Translations under genes and position numbers: made by a program
Part shown: one piece after another, positions 10,172 through 19,609 of the stretch
Numbering within the stretch: position 1 is the first letter of the stretch
Layout: the number at the start of each line of letters is the position of its first letter
Notes under the pieces: model-generated
The model's input: the letters and a program-made list of their open reading frames with translations, nothing else
What the model was told of the DNA's origin: nothing
Databases searched by the model: none
Assembly: GCA_965649205.1 (NCBI GenBank)
Contig: CBFGJV010000005.1
Location: 32,001 to 96,000 of the forward strand
Reading direction: 5' to 3'
Length of the DNA: 64,000 bases
DNA from: a candidate division WOR-3 bacterium
GTDB taxonomy: Bacteria > Hydrothermota > Tepidihabitantia > Tepidihabitantales > Tepidihabitantaceae

Positions 10172-10268
10172 ATTTTTCCTTTCTTTAGTTTTGGACATTG
10201 CTGATTGCTTAGCTTTACACACTGACCTTTTTGACTGCAATTCTCACGGGAAAGGTTCGCAAAGACAC

Positions 10269-11078
10269 CTACCGGGCCCTAATCACTATGTCAGCATTGC
10301 TGGTGAACAGGGTGATGACAGAGGCCCCAGAGCCGATTCTGCCCCGTTTGTGGGCACGTTCTGATTTCTCATAGCTCACCAGGCCAAAGCCGGAGATAGT
10401 TATGTCCCCATTGGAGGTGATGGCTTCAAAGGTTGCAGATATATTGGCGGGCAGGTAGAGCGTGATTTTCCCGTTAGAGGTGCCCAGACTGGCAGATTCG
10501 GTTGCTCTTAGTTCTGCCAGGTCGCATTCTATCGCCTGACCGGAAGTAGAGACGGCGACGCTGCCGCGGTGAACCCGGATTCTCACCTTGCCGTTGGAGG
10601 TGCTGAGATTCAGAGAGCCTTTGGTGTCCATAACTTCAATATCCGCGTTCGTGGTGGCGGCAGAAACGTCTGCGGTTATACCGGTTATGGAAACTGTTCC
10701 GTTGGAGGTGGAAAGTGTGAGCGGAATGGATTCCGGGACGTAGAGGTCATAATGGACGCCGCAACTGCGGCTGCCGCCGGGTACGAGGGCCAGCAGGGAA
10801 AGTCGGCCAGAGTTGACAGTGTCCTTGAGAGTGATGTTTTCCAGCGCCCGGGCCGCGTCGGCACTGTCGCGGCCATAGCACCAGCGGGTGATGTGGGCGG
10901 TGAGAAGCGAGTCAAGGGCGAGGGAGATGTGAATATGACCGTTGCGGGTGCTTGCTTCCAGGCTGGTGAGAGATGGGGCGGGCCAAGAGCGGGTTTCAGG
11001 CAGTTCCAGCCGATAGGTGTAAATGCAGGCCAGGAGGTGGATCACTGTCCAGAGAATAAGGGGCGAAAGGCGTCGCAC
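10269..11078 (-). CDS. DUF4097-like beta-strand-repeat (putative adhesin) protein, possible lipoprotein
   Basis: Repeated TSNGxI/V motifs; hydrophobic N-terminus ending LLAC. Confidence 0.75.
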   Translation of the reverse strand: MRRLSPLILWTVIHLLACIYTYRLELPETRSWPAPSLTSLEASTRNGHIHISLALDSLLTAHITRWCYGRDSADAARALENITLKDTVNSGRLSLLALVPGGSRSCGVHYDLYVPESIPLTLSTSNGTVSITGITADVSAATTNADIEVMDTKGSLNLSTSNGKVRIRVHRGSVAVSTSGQAIECDLAELRATESASLGTSNGKITLYLPANISATFEAITSNGDITISGFGLVSYEKSERAHKRGRIGSGASVITLFTSNADIVIRAR

Positions 11079-11083
11079 TGCGT

Positions 11084-11761
11084 TTACTTGGTGCTGATTG
11101 TCTGGGCTGCAGGCGCTATGAGTATTCCCACCGAATAGAAGGGTCCGCCGAAGCGGCTGGGAGGGGTGCCGATGATTCTGGCTCCGCCGGGCTGGTGCCA
11201 GTTGACAGCGAAGGGCGAATACAGATAGCCTGCGCGCAGGGTGAGACCGTAACGGGAGCCAGCGTTGACCGCAGAAATTCCGAGTTCGAGGGCTGCCAGC
11301 CCTGTGGGTTTCATTCCGGATAGGAGCGTGACTCCTTGGCCAGGTCTGGTCAAAAGGGAGTCGAATTTGATATCCCCTTTTTCAGTTCTGATGCTGAATG
11401 TTTGCGTCTGGCCACCCAGTCCGAGCATGGGCACGACAGAAAGAAAGGAGAAGGGAAGCAGTTTGGGCCCGGTTGTAGCGAACAAGCCCCAGCTCTCGCT
11501 GTGTAACCGAAAACTGTCGTTCTCGCTTTCGTCCCAGGTACGATAGAACAGGGGACCGACGAGCAGATGGCCGGTTAGGGAACGCAATTCCAAGCCCCAG
11601 CCATAATGACGGCGCGCAGCCTGCGGCAATCCGTTGGCGGCAAACTTGGCGTTGAAGCCGGCCACATCGGGCTCATAGGCAGCAGCGAAGGGGATAAGCC
11701 AAGCTTCCTGAGCTAGGGTCAGGGTGGTTGCTAGCAGAAAAAACAGAGCCGTTTTCTTCAC
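11084..11761 (-). CDS. Exported hypothetical protein, probable small outer-membrane beta-barrel
   Basis: GTG start, signal peptide MKKTALFFLLATTLTLA, amphipathic Gly/aromatic-rich strands. Confidence 0.6.
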   Translation of the reverse strand: MKKTALFFLLATTLTLAQEAWLIPFAAAYEPDVAGFNAKFAANGLPQAARRHYGWGLELRSLTGHLLVGPLFYRTWDESENDSFRLHSESWGLFATTGPKLLPFSFLSVVPMLGLGGQTQTFSIRTEKGDIKFDSLLTRPGQGVTLLSGMKPTGLAALELGISAVNAGSRYGLTLRAGYLYSPFAVNWHQPGGARIIGTPPSRFGGPFYSVGILIAPAAQTISTK

Positions 11762-11769
11762 TGGTAGCC

Positions 11770-11798
11770 AGTATAGGTAGAAGCAAGAAAGGTGTCAA
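11770..11798 (-). promoter_or_regulatory. sigma70-type promoter, near-leaderless
   Basis: TTGACA-17-TATACT, 8 nt before GTG 11761; no SD. Confidence 0.75.
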
Positions 11799-11900
11799 AC
11801 TGCCCGAAGATAAAAGCCAGCGCAGTCAGGACAGGATGCCCTTGCGGTTACGCAGAGTCGTTAGTCCGGTGTCTGAGATACCGAGGTGCCAGGCCTGAGT

Positions 11901-13082
11901 TTAGACCGCGAGGGAGTCGGCCAAAAGTTCGGCCACGTCCACTACGCGCAGGTCCAGCTCCATAGTTTTTACCGAGTCGTCGAACATCAGCAGACAATAG
12001 GGACAGGCAACGGCCAGAATTTCCGCACCGGTCTGGACAGCCTGTTGTACGCGGATATCAGAAAGCCTTTCTCCCTTTGGCCAGTCAAGCCAAAGACCGC
12101 CGCCGCCTCCGCCGCAGCAGATGGACTGGTCGCGATTGAAGTGAAGAATCTCCACCAGCTCCAGCCCGGGAATACTTCTCAATACCTGTCGGGGTTCTTC
12201 GTAAATGCCGCTCTGGCGACCGAGCGTGCACGGGTCGTGATACACTACCTTCTTGGGCAGAGGCTTCTTGGGCTGAAGCCGACCTTCGGCGAGAAGTCGG
12301 GCAAACAGCTGGGTTTCGTGAATGAATTCGCGGCCCTTGCTCAACTCGGGATAGTCCCGGCGAAAACTGCGATAGCAGTGAGGCGAAGTACAGATCACTC
12401 GTCTGACTTCCGGTTTGTTCAGGAGTTGAGTATTGGTCTCCGCTAATTGTTGGAACGCATCCTCGGCTCCGGCCCGGCGTATGGCTTCGCCGCAACAGGC
12501 CTGCTCAGCGCCCAGTATGCCATACGACAGGCCGGCCGCACTAAGTACCCGGTAGGTGGCACGATTGAAAGCCTGACAGCGCGGGTCAAAGTCGGCCGTA
12601 CAGCAGGTGAACCAGGCATATTCGGTGTCGGAAGCGAAACAGGGTACAGAAAGGTCTTTGGCCCAGTCGGTACGTTTCTCAGGCGCTCCGCCCCAGGGAT
12701 TGCCTACCGCTAGACATTGAGAAATCACGCTCAGCAGAGTAGAGGGCACGGAGCGGTTCTCCACCATCACGCGGCGCACTGCGCGCAGGACAGAGGGAAG
12801 GTCCACTCCGCGTGGACAGCGGGCCAAGCACGCTTCGCATCCGACGCAGCGGTATAGTTCTTCCACCTCGGCCGCTACTTCTTCCTGTTCTTCTGCGTTG
12901 AGTACCGCACCCAGCTTTACGGCCTGGGGCAGACGATGTACGGTGAATGATACCCGTTTGATGTGATACCAGGGACAAAGAGACATGCACATACCGCACT
13001 GGTAGCACTTGCGTACTTCTTCTCCCCCGTATTCCAGAATCAGGTCGCGGATGTCCAGGTCCGGAACAAGCAGTTTGGGCAT
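11901..13082 (-). CDS. Fe-S oxidoreductase, HdrD/GlpC family (2x[4Fe-4S] plus CCG domains)
   Basis: CYQCGMCMSLCP, CVGCEACLARCP, ACCG, YHDPCTLGR, ICCGGGGG, ACPYC. ATG 13082 chosen because the ORF-track TTG is part of the -35 hexamer. Confidence 0.88.
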   Translation of the reverse strand: MPKLLVPDLDIRDLILEYGGEEVRKCYQCGMCMSLCPWYHIKRVSFTVHRLPQAVKLGAVLNAEEQEEVAAEVEELYRCVGCEACLARCPRGVDLPSVLRAVRRVMVENRSVPSTLLSVISQCLAVGNPWGGAPEKRTDWAKDLSVPCFASDTEYAWFTCCTADFDPRCQAFNRATYRVLSAAGLSYGILGAEQACCGEAIRRAGAEDAFQQLAETNTQLLNKPEVRRVICTSPHCYRSFRRDYPELSKGREFIHETQLFARLLAEGRLQPKKPLPKKVVYHDPCTLGRQSGIYEEPRQVLRSIPGLELVEILHFNRDQSICCGGGGGGLWLDWPKGERLSDIRVQQAVQTGAEILAVACPYCLLMFDDSVKTMELDLRVVDVAELLADSLAV

Positions 13083-13183
13083 GGAGCTAATTCTTGCACC
13101 AACAGCCGGCAGAGTCAAGCGAACTCCAACCGAGTTGCTTCAACTGTAAACACCGCCAACGAGCAGGCGTGCAACCGCTTCGG

Positions 13184-15907
13184 TCAGCGTTCGAGAATCA
13201 GTTTCCGGGTGGCGGTGAAGTTATTGGCCTCCATCCGTATGAGATACACTCCCGGGCTCAGTATCTGTCCGTTATAGCCGCGGCCATCCCATATTGTCTG
13301 GTGAAAACCTGCTGGTAAAACGCCCAGCCCGATTTCCCGCAGCAGAATTCCTGTTGCGGAGTAGACGCATAGGCGCACACGGGCCTGTTCAGGCAGGCCG
13401 AACCGGATGCGGGCTGAGCCGAGGACAGGATTGGGGTGCGGTTTTTCCAGAGAAAATCTTAAAGGCCGGGCCGGGTTTTCTTCAATGCCGGTCAGCGGAA
13501 CTACTTCAACCGAGTCGGTGAGAAAGTCGTTGGCGGGTGCGGTATCGCCGGCGACCGCAGTGGAGCAGCGCACCAGATAGGTGCCGATCGAATCTGCAGC
13601 CCAGGGCCGATAGGATACGGTGCTGTTCATACCGGCCAGTACTAGCACAGTCTGAGTGTCTAGGTAAGTGGTACCAATGCGGAACCAAGTGAAGACCTCT
13701 TCGTCCTGGGTGCCGAGATTGTGTATGGTGGCAGAGGGGAAGACGACAGAACCGGAGTCTATGCGTCCGGTCGGCGCCAGAATGGCGGTTACGGCTATGT
13801 CTTTGGGCGGGCCGGTGCGGACTTCGATGTCGCCGGTGAGTGCCCAGGCAAACCATTGTTTCTGCGCGGTGCGCACATTCTGACCATATACTTTGATTGT
13901 CCAGTAGCCGGTATCAGGAGAGTTTACCCGCACGCATTCTTCCACATTGAGCGAGTCCCAGGCAGAAGGATTCGGCGTGGACTGGCCGCCGCTATACTGG
14001 TTTCCCCGGTAGGAGACACCCGCAGGAGAAATCATTTCCAGATTCAGGTTGTTTACCAGAGTAGGGTTGGCATTGGGAGCGGCGGCGGTGTCGGTCCAGG
14101 CCAGACACACCCGCAGGGGAATTGCCGAGTTTACCTTGAAGCGAGCTTCTTTGTATTCACCGGTGGCGAGTCCGAACGTGTCGTCCACCAGCAGCAGTTT
14201 GCGACTGTCGCCAGGGAAATAGAGCACCGAATCAACATCTACCCGACCCCAGCCGATGTCAAAACTGGGGATGGTGTAGGAGCCGACATTGGGGTCGGCG
14301 GATACCTGAGCCATAGCGCGGAGAAGGGCGGCGGAGTTGTAGTTGAGCTTCTGATGGGGTTCGGGTGTGCCGGACGGGTAGTATCCTTCTTGCAGGTAGC
14401 AGCGCATCAAACCGACTGCGCCGTTGACGCTGGGCGTGGCCATCGAGGTGCCAGACATTTTGGAATAGCCGTTGGTGGAAGGTGCGGCCTGGGCCGAGTT
14501 CAGGTCCACGCCGGTGGCCATCACGTTGGGTTTGATTCTTCCATCCTGGGTCGGACCCCGGGAGGAGAAGCTGGCAATGGTATTGGAGCCGGTGCCGTTG
14601 TTGGTAGCGCCTACCGTCAGCACGTTCTTGGCGATGCCGGGATTGCGCAGACGACGGGCAGAAGATTCGTTGCCCGCGGCCATTATGTTCAAGAAGTCTT
14701 TGTGCGCCCAGCAATACGCATCAGTGGAAGCGTCCTGTAGCAGATAGGTTCCGGAGGAGTTGGAATAGCCCCAGGAGCCGGACGCCTGCCATACAGGCCG
14801 AAGAGAATCGGGCAGGCCGCGGCCCAGATGCACTGTGTCCCATACCGGGTAGAGGTCGGCGCTGACTACGAAGCTGGTGCCGTTGGTCAGGTCCACAAAG
14901 TAAAGTCGGGCATCCTTGGCTATGCCGTCGTAGAAGCTGGTACCACCGGTGAGCGAGTCGTTGCCGGCTACAGTGCCTGCAACGTGGGAGCCGTGGTACT
15001 GGCCTTCACTGGCATCAGCAGTTCCGTATTTCTTGTAGGCAACCACTTTGCGGTGGTCAGGCCAGATGCCGGGCGGGGTTACAGGTCTAGCCGGGTCGCG
15101 GAACATATCGTGGCCGGTATTCAGACCGGTGTCGTGGACAGAGAGAATTACACCTTGACCCCGCACTCCTTCCTTCCAAGCGCGGCGGGCGGTAAGGCTG
15201 GTGTCCGGGGGTGCTACTGGCTGCCAGCCAGTCTGGGCGACCCACTGAGCGCTGTTGTTGCAGGTGGTTGGTTCGTTCCAGGCCTGAATCCAGAATACTT
15301 CCTGCAGGCGGGCCAGGTCAGGGATTCTTTCGGTGTCCAGCGTAAACTCAACTGTGGTGCCGTACGCGGAGGTCATAACCTGCAGCAACGTGCCGTCTAG
15401 CTCTTCTATTTTGCGGGTGACAGCGGCCGGGTCTTCGGTGGGCGTGACCAAAAGCGAGAAGCGGCGCGTGCCGGCAGTGCCCAAGAGTCCCAGCTCCAGT
15501 TTGTACGCAGGTTGGAACAAGCCGACCCAGTTCACGAACGGCAGGCTGGAGACATACGCTCTTTGGCCAGCGTCAAGTCGGGCAAGCACCGCATACTGGG
15601 GCAGGTAGCCAAAGGTCCTGATACCGGACGCTTCGAGCCGGCGAAACCAGTTCTGTTCAATCGGGCCGGTGAACTGGATTATGCAATACTGACTGCCGGT
15701 TACATCTTCGGCAAGGCGGAGATTGTGGGGAAGGTCTGGTTCGCCTTTCTGGGTGTCTATGACATAACCATTGGAGAAGGAAATAAAGCGGACTTCGCCT
15801 GAAGCGGGGGTGAACCGACGGACAGGCCCCATGTTGTAGTGACTTGCCGGCAAAGCCAGGGCTGGCACAGACGCCAGCAGGAGCAGAAACGCAGTTACAT
15901 ATCTCAC
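13184..15907 (-). CDS. Secreted S8 subtilase (KP-43-like) with CARDB-like domain and T9SS-A/FlgD-like CTD
   Basis: Signal peptide; triad VHDTG / YHGSHVAG / GTSMATP; oxyanion AAGN; C-terminal PNP...WDGRG...GVYLIR...RKLILER. Confidence 0.92.
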   Translation of the reverse strand: MRYVTAFLLLLASVPALALPASHYNMGPVRRFTPASGEVRFISFSNGYVIDTQKGEPDLPHNLRLAEDVTGSQYCIIQFTGPIEQNWFRRLEASGIRTFGYLPQYAVLARLDAGQRAYVSSLPFVNWVGLFQPAYKLELGLLGTAGTRRFSLLVTPTEDPAAVTRKIEELDGTLLQVMTSAYGTTVEFTLDTERIPDLARLQEVFWIQAWNEPTTCNNSAQWVAQTGWQPVAPPDTSLTARRAWKEGVRGQGVILSVHDTGLNTGHDMFRDPARPVTPPGIWPDHRKVVAYKKYGTADASEGQYHGSHVAGTVAGNDSLTGGTSFYDGIAKDARLYFVDLTNGTSFVVSADLYPVWDTVHLGRGLPDSLRPVWQASGSWGYSNSSGTYLLQDASTDAYCWAHKDFLNIMAAGNESSARRLRNPGIAKNVLTVGATNNGTGSNTIASFSSRGPTQDGRIKPNVMATGVDLNSAQAAPSTNGYSKMSGTSMATPSVNGAVGLMRCYLQEGYYPSGTPEPHQKLNYNSAALLRAMAQVSADPNVGSYTIPSFDIGWGRVDVDSVLYFPGDSRKLLLVDDTFGLATGEYKEARFKVNSAIPLRVCLAWTDTAAAPNANPTLVNNLNLEMISPAGVSYRGNQYSGGQSTPNPSAWDSLNVEECVRVNSPDTGYWTIKVYGQNVRTAQKQWFAWALTGDIEVRTGPPKDIAVTAILAPTGRIDSGSVVFPSATIHNLGTQDEEVFTWFRIGTTYLDTQTVLVLAGMNSTVSYRPWAADSIGTYLVRCSTAVAGDTAPANDFLTDSVEVVPLTGIEENPARPLRFSLEKPHPNPVLGSARIRFGLPEQARVRLCVYSATGILLREIGLGVLPAGFHQTIWDGRGYNGQILSPGVYLIRMEANNFTATRKLILER

Positions 15908-15929
15908 GATGCCTCTCTTTTTAGGGTTG

Positions 15930-16838
15930 TTATTTTCCTTTCCGGGGACGGAAACGTCCTATGCGCATTATTTCAGCCAGATTGGCATGGGGGTCAATCT
16001 TCGGCACGAGCAGTGGCCGGGGGCTGGAGATAAGCGTGGTCACCCCCGGGCCATGGCCGGCCACCAGACAGTCGGAGTGAATTACAATGCCGATGGTAAC
16101 CGCTCCCTTGCGCCAGGAACGGCCATAGGTATTGTCGTGGTCGGTAATGGCAACAAAGTCACCAAAGCGTAACTTGTCCAAACCCAGGCGCGCAATTTCT
16201 TTCCGATCGGTGGTCATCACATCGTAGTCGCCGGTGCCCAGAGACAGCGAGCCTACACCTGAGCCCATCAGATACCCGGGAATAATGGCCGCTACCGGAA
16301 CTTCCAGCCGGCCATCGCCAAGTTCCTTCACCCCGAGTCGGAAGAACAGGCGTGGATCCAGGTTGGTTATTTGAATATCAGGATAGTCTAGAAGCTGGAA
16401 ACCCTGGCCGTATCCTTTGATAAGGAACTTGTCTTCCATCTGGAGTTTTTCCAGCACCGAGTCGGCAAAATCCACCAGGACGTGTTCGGCTCCGCCGTGA
16501 TGACCTGTAACCACACCTTTTGCTCCTTTGGCATCACCGGTAACCACCTTTACCTCGTTGCCTACGCAGGAGTAGAAGTGCAGGGAGGTATTAGGATGGT
16601 CCATACGTTTTTCCCAGTCGGCGATACACGAAACTCCTGGTTCTATATGGTCTCCGGCCCAGCCGAAAGCAGGGTCACCTACCTTCACATTGTAGGATAT
16701 GCCGCCGATAGAGGGCAGAAGGAAAGGTCGGCCGTTTGCGTCAACTGCGTGATTGCGTCTGCCGGAAGGATAGGACACCTTGCCCTGCACGGACAACATT
16801 ACCACTTTGTCAATATTGGTTCGAATTTTGTGCTTCAT
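15930..16838 (-). CDS. DUF4438-like conserved protein
   Basis: GGISYNVKVGD, GDHIEPGVS, GHHGGAEH, GDYD, HSDCLVAGHGPGV; ATG 16838 lies 6 nt after TATAAT. Confidence 0.75.
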   Translation of the reverse strand: MKHKIRTNIDKVVMLSVQGKVSYPSGRRNHAVDANGRPFLLPSIGGISYNVKVGDPAFGWAGDHIEPGVSCIADWEKRMDHPNTSLHFYSCVGNEVKVVTGDAKGAKGVVTGHHGGAEHVLVDFADSVLEKLQMEDKFLIKGYGQGFQLLDYPDIQITNLDPRLFFRLGVKELGDGRLEVPVAAIIPGYLMGSGVGSLSLGTGDYDVMTTDRKEIARLGLDKLRFGDFVAITDHDNTYGRSWRKGAVTIGIVIHSDCLVAGHGPGVTTLISSPRPLLVPKIDPHANLAEIMRIGRFRPRKGK

Positions 16839-17030
16839 GCTGTTATTATAGGCCGGCTTTCCTGTCCTGCAACAAATCTGCAGACTCATTTGGGTCTGCG
16901 GTTGGGGAAGAGAGAGCTTTCTTTTTAGGTCAGTTGACCGCATTATTTATTGTCCTTGAGTTCTGAGAAGGGGAATAGCGATCCTTGACACCGTACCAGT
17001 CCGGCCTAATGTTGAAGCCGGAGGTGCACT

Positions 17031-17636
17031 TTGTGGAAAGAAGTCTTTGGGTCGAAGGTTAGAGTTGCAGGCGTAGCTTTGCTGGCTGCTTGCAGTGTGT
17101 TTATCTCAGCCTGCGGTGGCCGTTCTGGCACCGGTTCGCTTCCTGAAGTTCCGCTACCTAAAACAGGCACAAACGTTATGACTCTTACCAGCCCGGCATT
17201 TGCTTTCGGCCAGACAATTCCGGTGCGCTACACCGGCGACGGTGACAATCTGTCACCTGAGCTAAACTGGACTGGGGCGCCGGAAAACACCCAGAGCTTT
17301 GCCCTTATCTGTTCTGACCCGGATGCTCCGTCTGGTACCTTTATTCACTGGGTCATTTATAACATTCCCGGTGCGATGCGCGCTTTACCCGCTGGCATGC
17401 CCAAAAATCCGGTTGTGCTGGACAGTGCCGAACAGGGATATAACAGTTTTGGCCGGCTAGGATATGATGGTCCGCAGCCGCCACCGGGCAAGCCGCACCG
17501 TTATATTTTCAAGCTGTACGCCCTGGATACGCGGATAAAAGCAAATCAGCGTGTGGTTGACGCCGAGTTTCTGCAGAAAAAGATGGACGGGCATGTACTT
17601 GCAACCGCAGAACTGATGGGGACTTATCAGCGCTGA
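17031..17636 (+). CDS. YbhB/YbcL (PEBP/RKIP-like) family protein, probable lipoprotein
   Basis: SD GGAGGTG; DPDAPSGTFIHWV, GYDGPQPPPGKPHRYIFKLYALD; lipobox-like LAAC/ISAC; upstream TTGACA-16-TAATGT. Confidence 0.92.
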   Translation: MWKEVFGSKVRVAGVALLAACSVFISACGGRSGTGSLPEVPLPKTGTNVMTLTSPAFAFGQTIPVRYTGDGDNLSPELNWTGAPENTQSFALICSDPDAPSGTFIHWVIYNIPGAMRALPAGMPKNPVVLDSAEQGYNSFGRLGYDGPQPPPGKPHRYIFKLYALDTRIKANQRVVDAEFLQKKMDGHVLATAELMGTYQR

Positions 17637-17699
17637 GGGCAGATATAAGCCTCCGGGCAAACAAAGGCTTTTTACATCTGTCATCAGTTTCCTGCGGTT

Positions 17700-18110
17700 A
17701 GGAGTTTTTCCGACCTTATCGGGCAGAGGTGGAGTTTTTTCGAGAAGGCGGTCTCGTAAGTGAAGTTTTTCCGTATGGGGGTCGCTCAGGGGGCTGCTCG
17801 GTAGGTGGTTGGGGGAGCGGTTCCGGGGGTAGGCTACTGGGCCGGGGGGTGGACCGGGAAGCCGGTCGGTGGGCAGGCAGTTCTCCAAGCCGCGGGGACG
17901 GCTGGTCAGATGGCCGGATGATAGGCAGTTCTCCCTCTTGGCTGGGGATAGGTTCGGTCAGGAGGTCGGCAGGCCGCTGACAGGGCTGGTGGGGAAGTCT
18001 ATTACCGAGCCGGTCGGTGAGGGGTTTACCGGGTTATTCAGGAAGTTGCCAGGGGGACGGATTGGAGAGCAGGTCGGCAGTCAGAATCCTGCTGATGTAG
18101 GTTAGGGAAA
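17700..18110. repeat. G-rich low-complexity intergenic tract with degenerate short repeats
   Basis: GRAGTTTTTYCG at 17701, 17731, 17762; AGGCAGTTCTCC at 17875 and 17923; GCCGGTCGGTG at 17861 and 18009; many G runs on the + strand. Confidence 0.6.
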
Positions 18111-18133
18111 CATAAGAGGTTACAAACTGAAGC

Positions 18134-19528
18134 TTAGCCAGCTACTTGGAGGTTGCCGAAACGGATTGCATAGGGGCCGCGGTAGGACTGATAGACTTGA
18201 GTTTCTTTGGAGTAACGGGCATCGGCCAGAGTCTCAAACCAGTTGCCCACCAGCAGGCCGCCTTTGAAAGGCACGGGTTTGCCGTTCTGGTACTTTTCGC
18301 CCAGCCTGATTTCTACGGCGAATTGGCCGGAGGTCTGATTTACCGAAAAGGAGGAGAACGCTCTGATTACCACGCAGTTATCTGAAACCAGTTCTGCCAT
18401 AGGGGTGCTGCCGGCGGGTATTACCGTTTCTCCCAGCTGGCCGGGCGCAGGAATGCCGGCGTCCAATAGTCCTAGATAGTGGTAATAGCGCCTCGCGCCT
18501 AGGAGTCCTTCGTAGCGGCCGTTCTTGACAACGGTTACCGGCCGGCAGGGAGTAGCGTCTGATTCGGCAAGCCGGGCACTGCGCAGACCGAAAGGAACCA
18601 GCGGGTCTGATACCAGATTCAAGGCTTCTCCCAGCAGGGGTTTCTCGCCCCAGACCGGTTTCCCTTTTTCATATTGACTGGCTTTTTCGTATACCATGCG
18701 AGCATTGGCGTGAAATGCCAGAGGTGTGTTCTGCAGAGAAAGGAAATCAGCAGCCGCTTCGCCGGCGAGCACTACCGGGCCCTGCCAACGAGAAGGAGGT
18801 GAAGCAAGAGCGATATTGCGGGCCGCACTGGCATACTCTGTCACTATAGTTGCCGGATTCAGGTCGGAAAACCGGCGGCAGGAGAGCCGGGCGGTATGTT
18901 CGCCTACCCGGTCTTCTGCCGGGCGGCCCAGGAAGCATATCTCTATGTCAATTCGGGTGACCGGATACACGAGGTTCAGACCAGTTGAGCTGAGTACTTG
19001 TACCCGAGTGCGTTGGATGAACGTTTCCAGGTTGGAGACCGTAACGTCTGGCTGAGGGGCAGTCGCAGCTACAATCTGGTCGTTGAATTTCTGGGCAAGG
19101 TTAAGAAGGGCTTTGTGGTCAAGTCCGGCGAGTTGGGGGTCGGCCAGTTCTACTTCGGGGTAGGATTCGTCCTTGCCTGGCAGGGGAAAGGGCTGGTTGC
19201 GTTGACTGCGAGCCGCAGCGACCAAGTTGTCTACTACTGTTTTGAGAGAGGTTTCCTCGTCAGAGATGAACTGGCCAGAGGCATCGCCCAGCCAAACTGA
19301 GCCATCTACCTCGAACCGGGAGTAGATGGTAACGCCCACTGTTTCCGCAGGAGAAGAGATAACTTCTCGGGGATGGGGATTGGCATGGGGCACAAAACGA
19401 CCTGATTCCACTGTGTATATCTTTGGCAGGCGGATGACGGTCATGGCGTCTGTCTCTCGGCTCGTGAGTATCCAGTCAGTGATGCCTTCAGCTTTTTCCA
19501 AATAGGCCTTTATGCGTTCCAGATTCAT
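18134..19528 (-). CDS. PmbA/TldE-like non-catalytic subunit of TldD/E metalloprotease
   Basis: Follows tldD; C-terminal PmbA-type motifs (SDPLVPFG, VVKNGRYEG, SGQFAV, GN); no HExxxH; SD AAGGAG before ATG 19528. Confidence 0.75.
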   Translation of the reverse strand: MNLERIKAYLEKAEGITDWILTSRETDAMTVIRLPKIYTVESGRFVPHANPHPREVISSPAETVGVTIYSRFEVDGSVWLGDASGQFISDEETSLKTVVDNLVAAARSQRNQPFPLPGKDESYPEVELADPQLAGLDHKALLNLAQKFNDQIVAATAPQPDVTVSNLETFIQRTRVQVLSSTGLNLVYPVTRIDIEICFLGRPAEDRVGEHTARLSCRRFSDLNPATIVTEYASAARNIALASPPSRWQGPVVLAGEAAADFLSLQNTPLAFHANARMVYEKASQYEKGKPVWGEKPLLGEALNLVSDPLVPFGLRSARLAESDATPCRPVTVVKNGRYEGLLGARRYYHYLGLLDAGIPAPGQLGETVIPAGSTPMAELVSDNCVVIRAFSSFSVNQTSGQFAVEIRLGEKYQNGKPVPFKGGLLVGNWFETLADARYSKETQVYQSYRGPYAIRFGNLQVAG

Positions 19529-19609
19529 AGGTGTTCTCCTTCTATCTGCGCGGGGCCAGTCCAACAGGGTGGAAATGTCGCTTCCAACTTTCGTGTTGCC
19601 CGCATAGTT

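Noticed and set aside
9842..13082. Selenocysteine recoding in thioredoxin or the HdrD-like protein
   Set aside because: All Cys motifs are complete and no in-frame TGA interrupts them.
17701..17773. Three spaced repeats as a mini-CRISPR
   Set aside because: Repeats are only ~12 nt and degenerate, the period is ~30 nt, and no cas genes are present.
17457..18105. Small Pro- or Gly-rich ORFs in the G-rich tract
   Set aside because: No SD or promoter support; composition simply reflects the low-complexity DNA.
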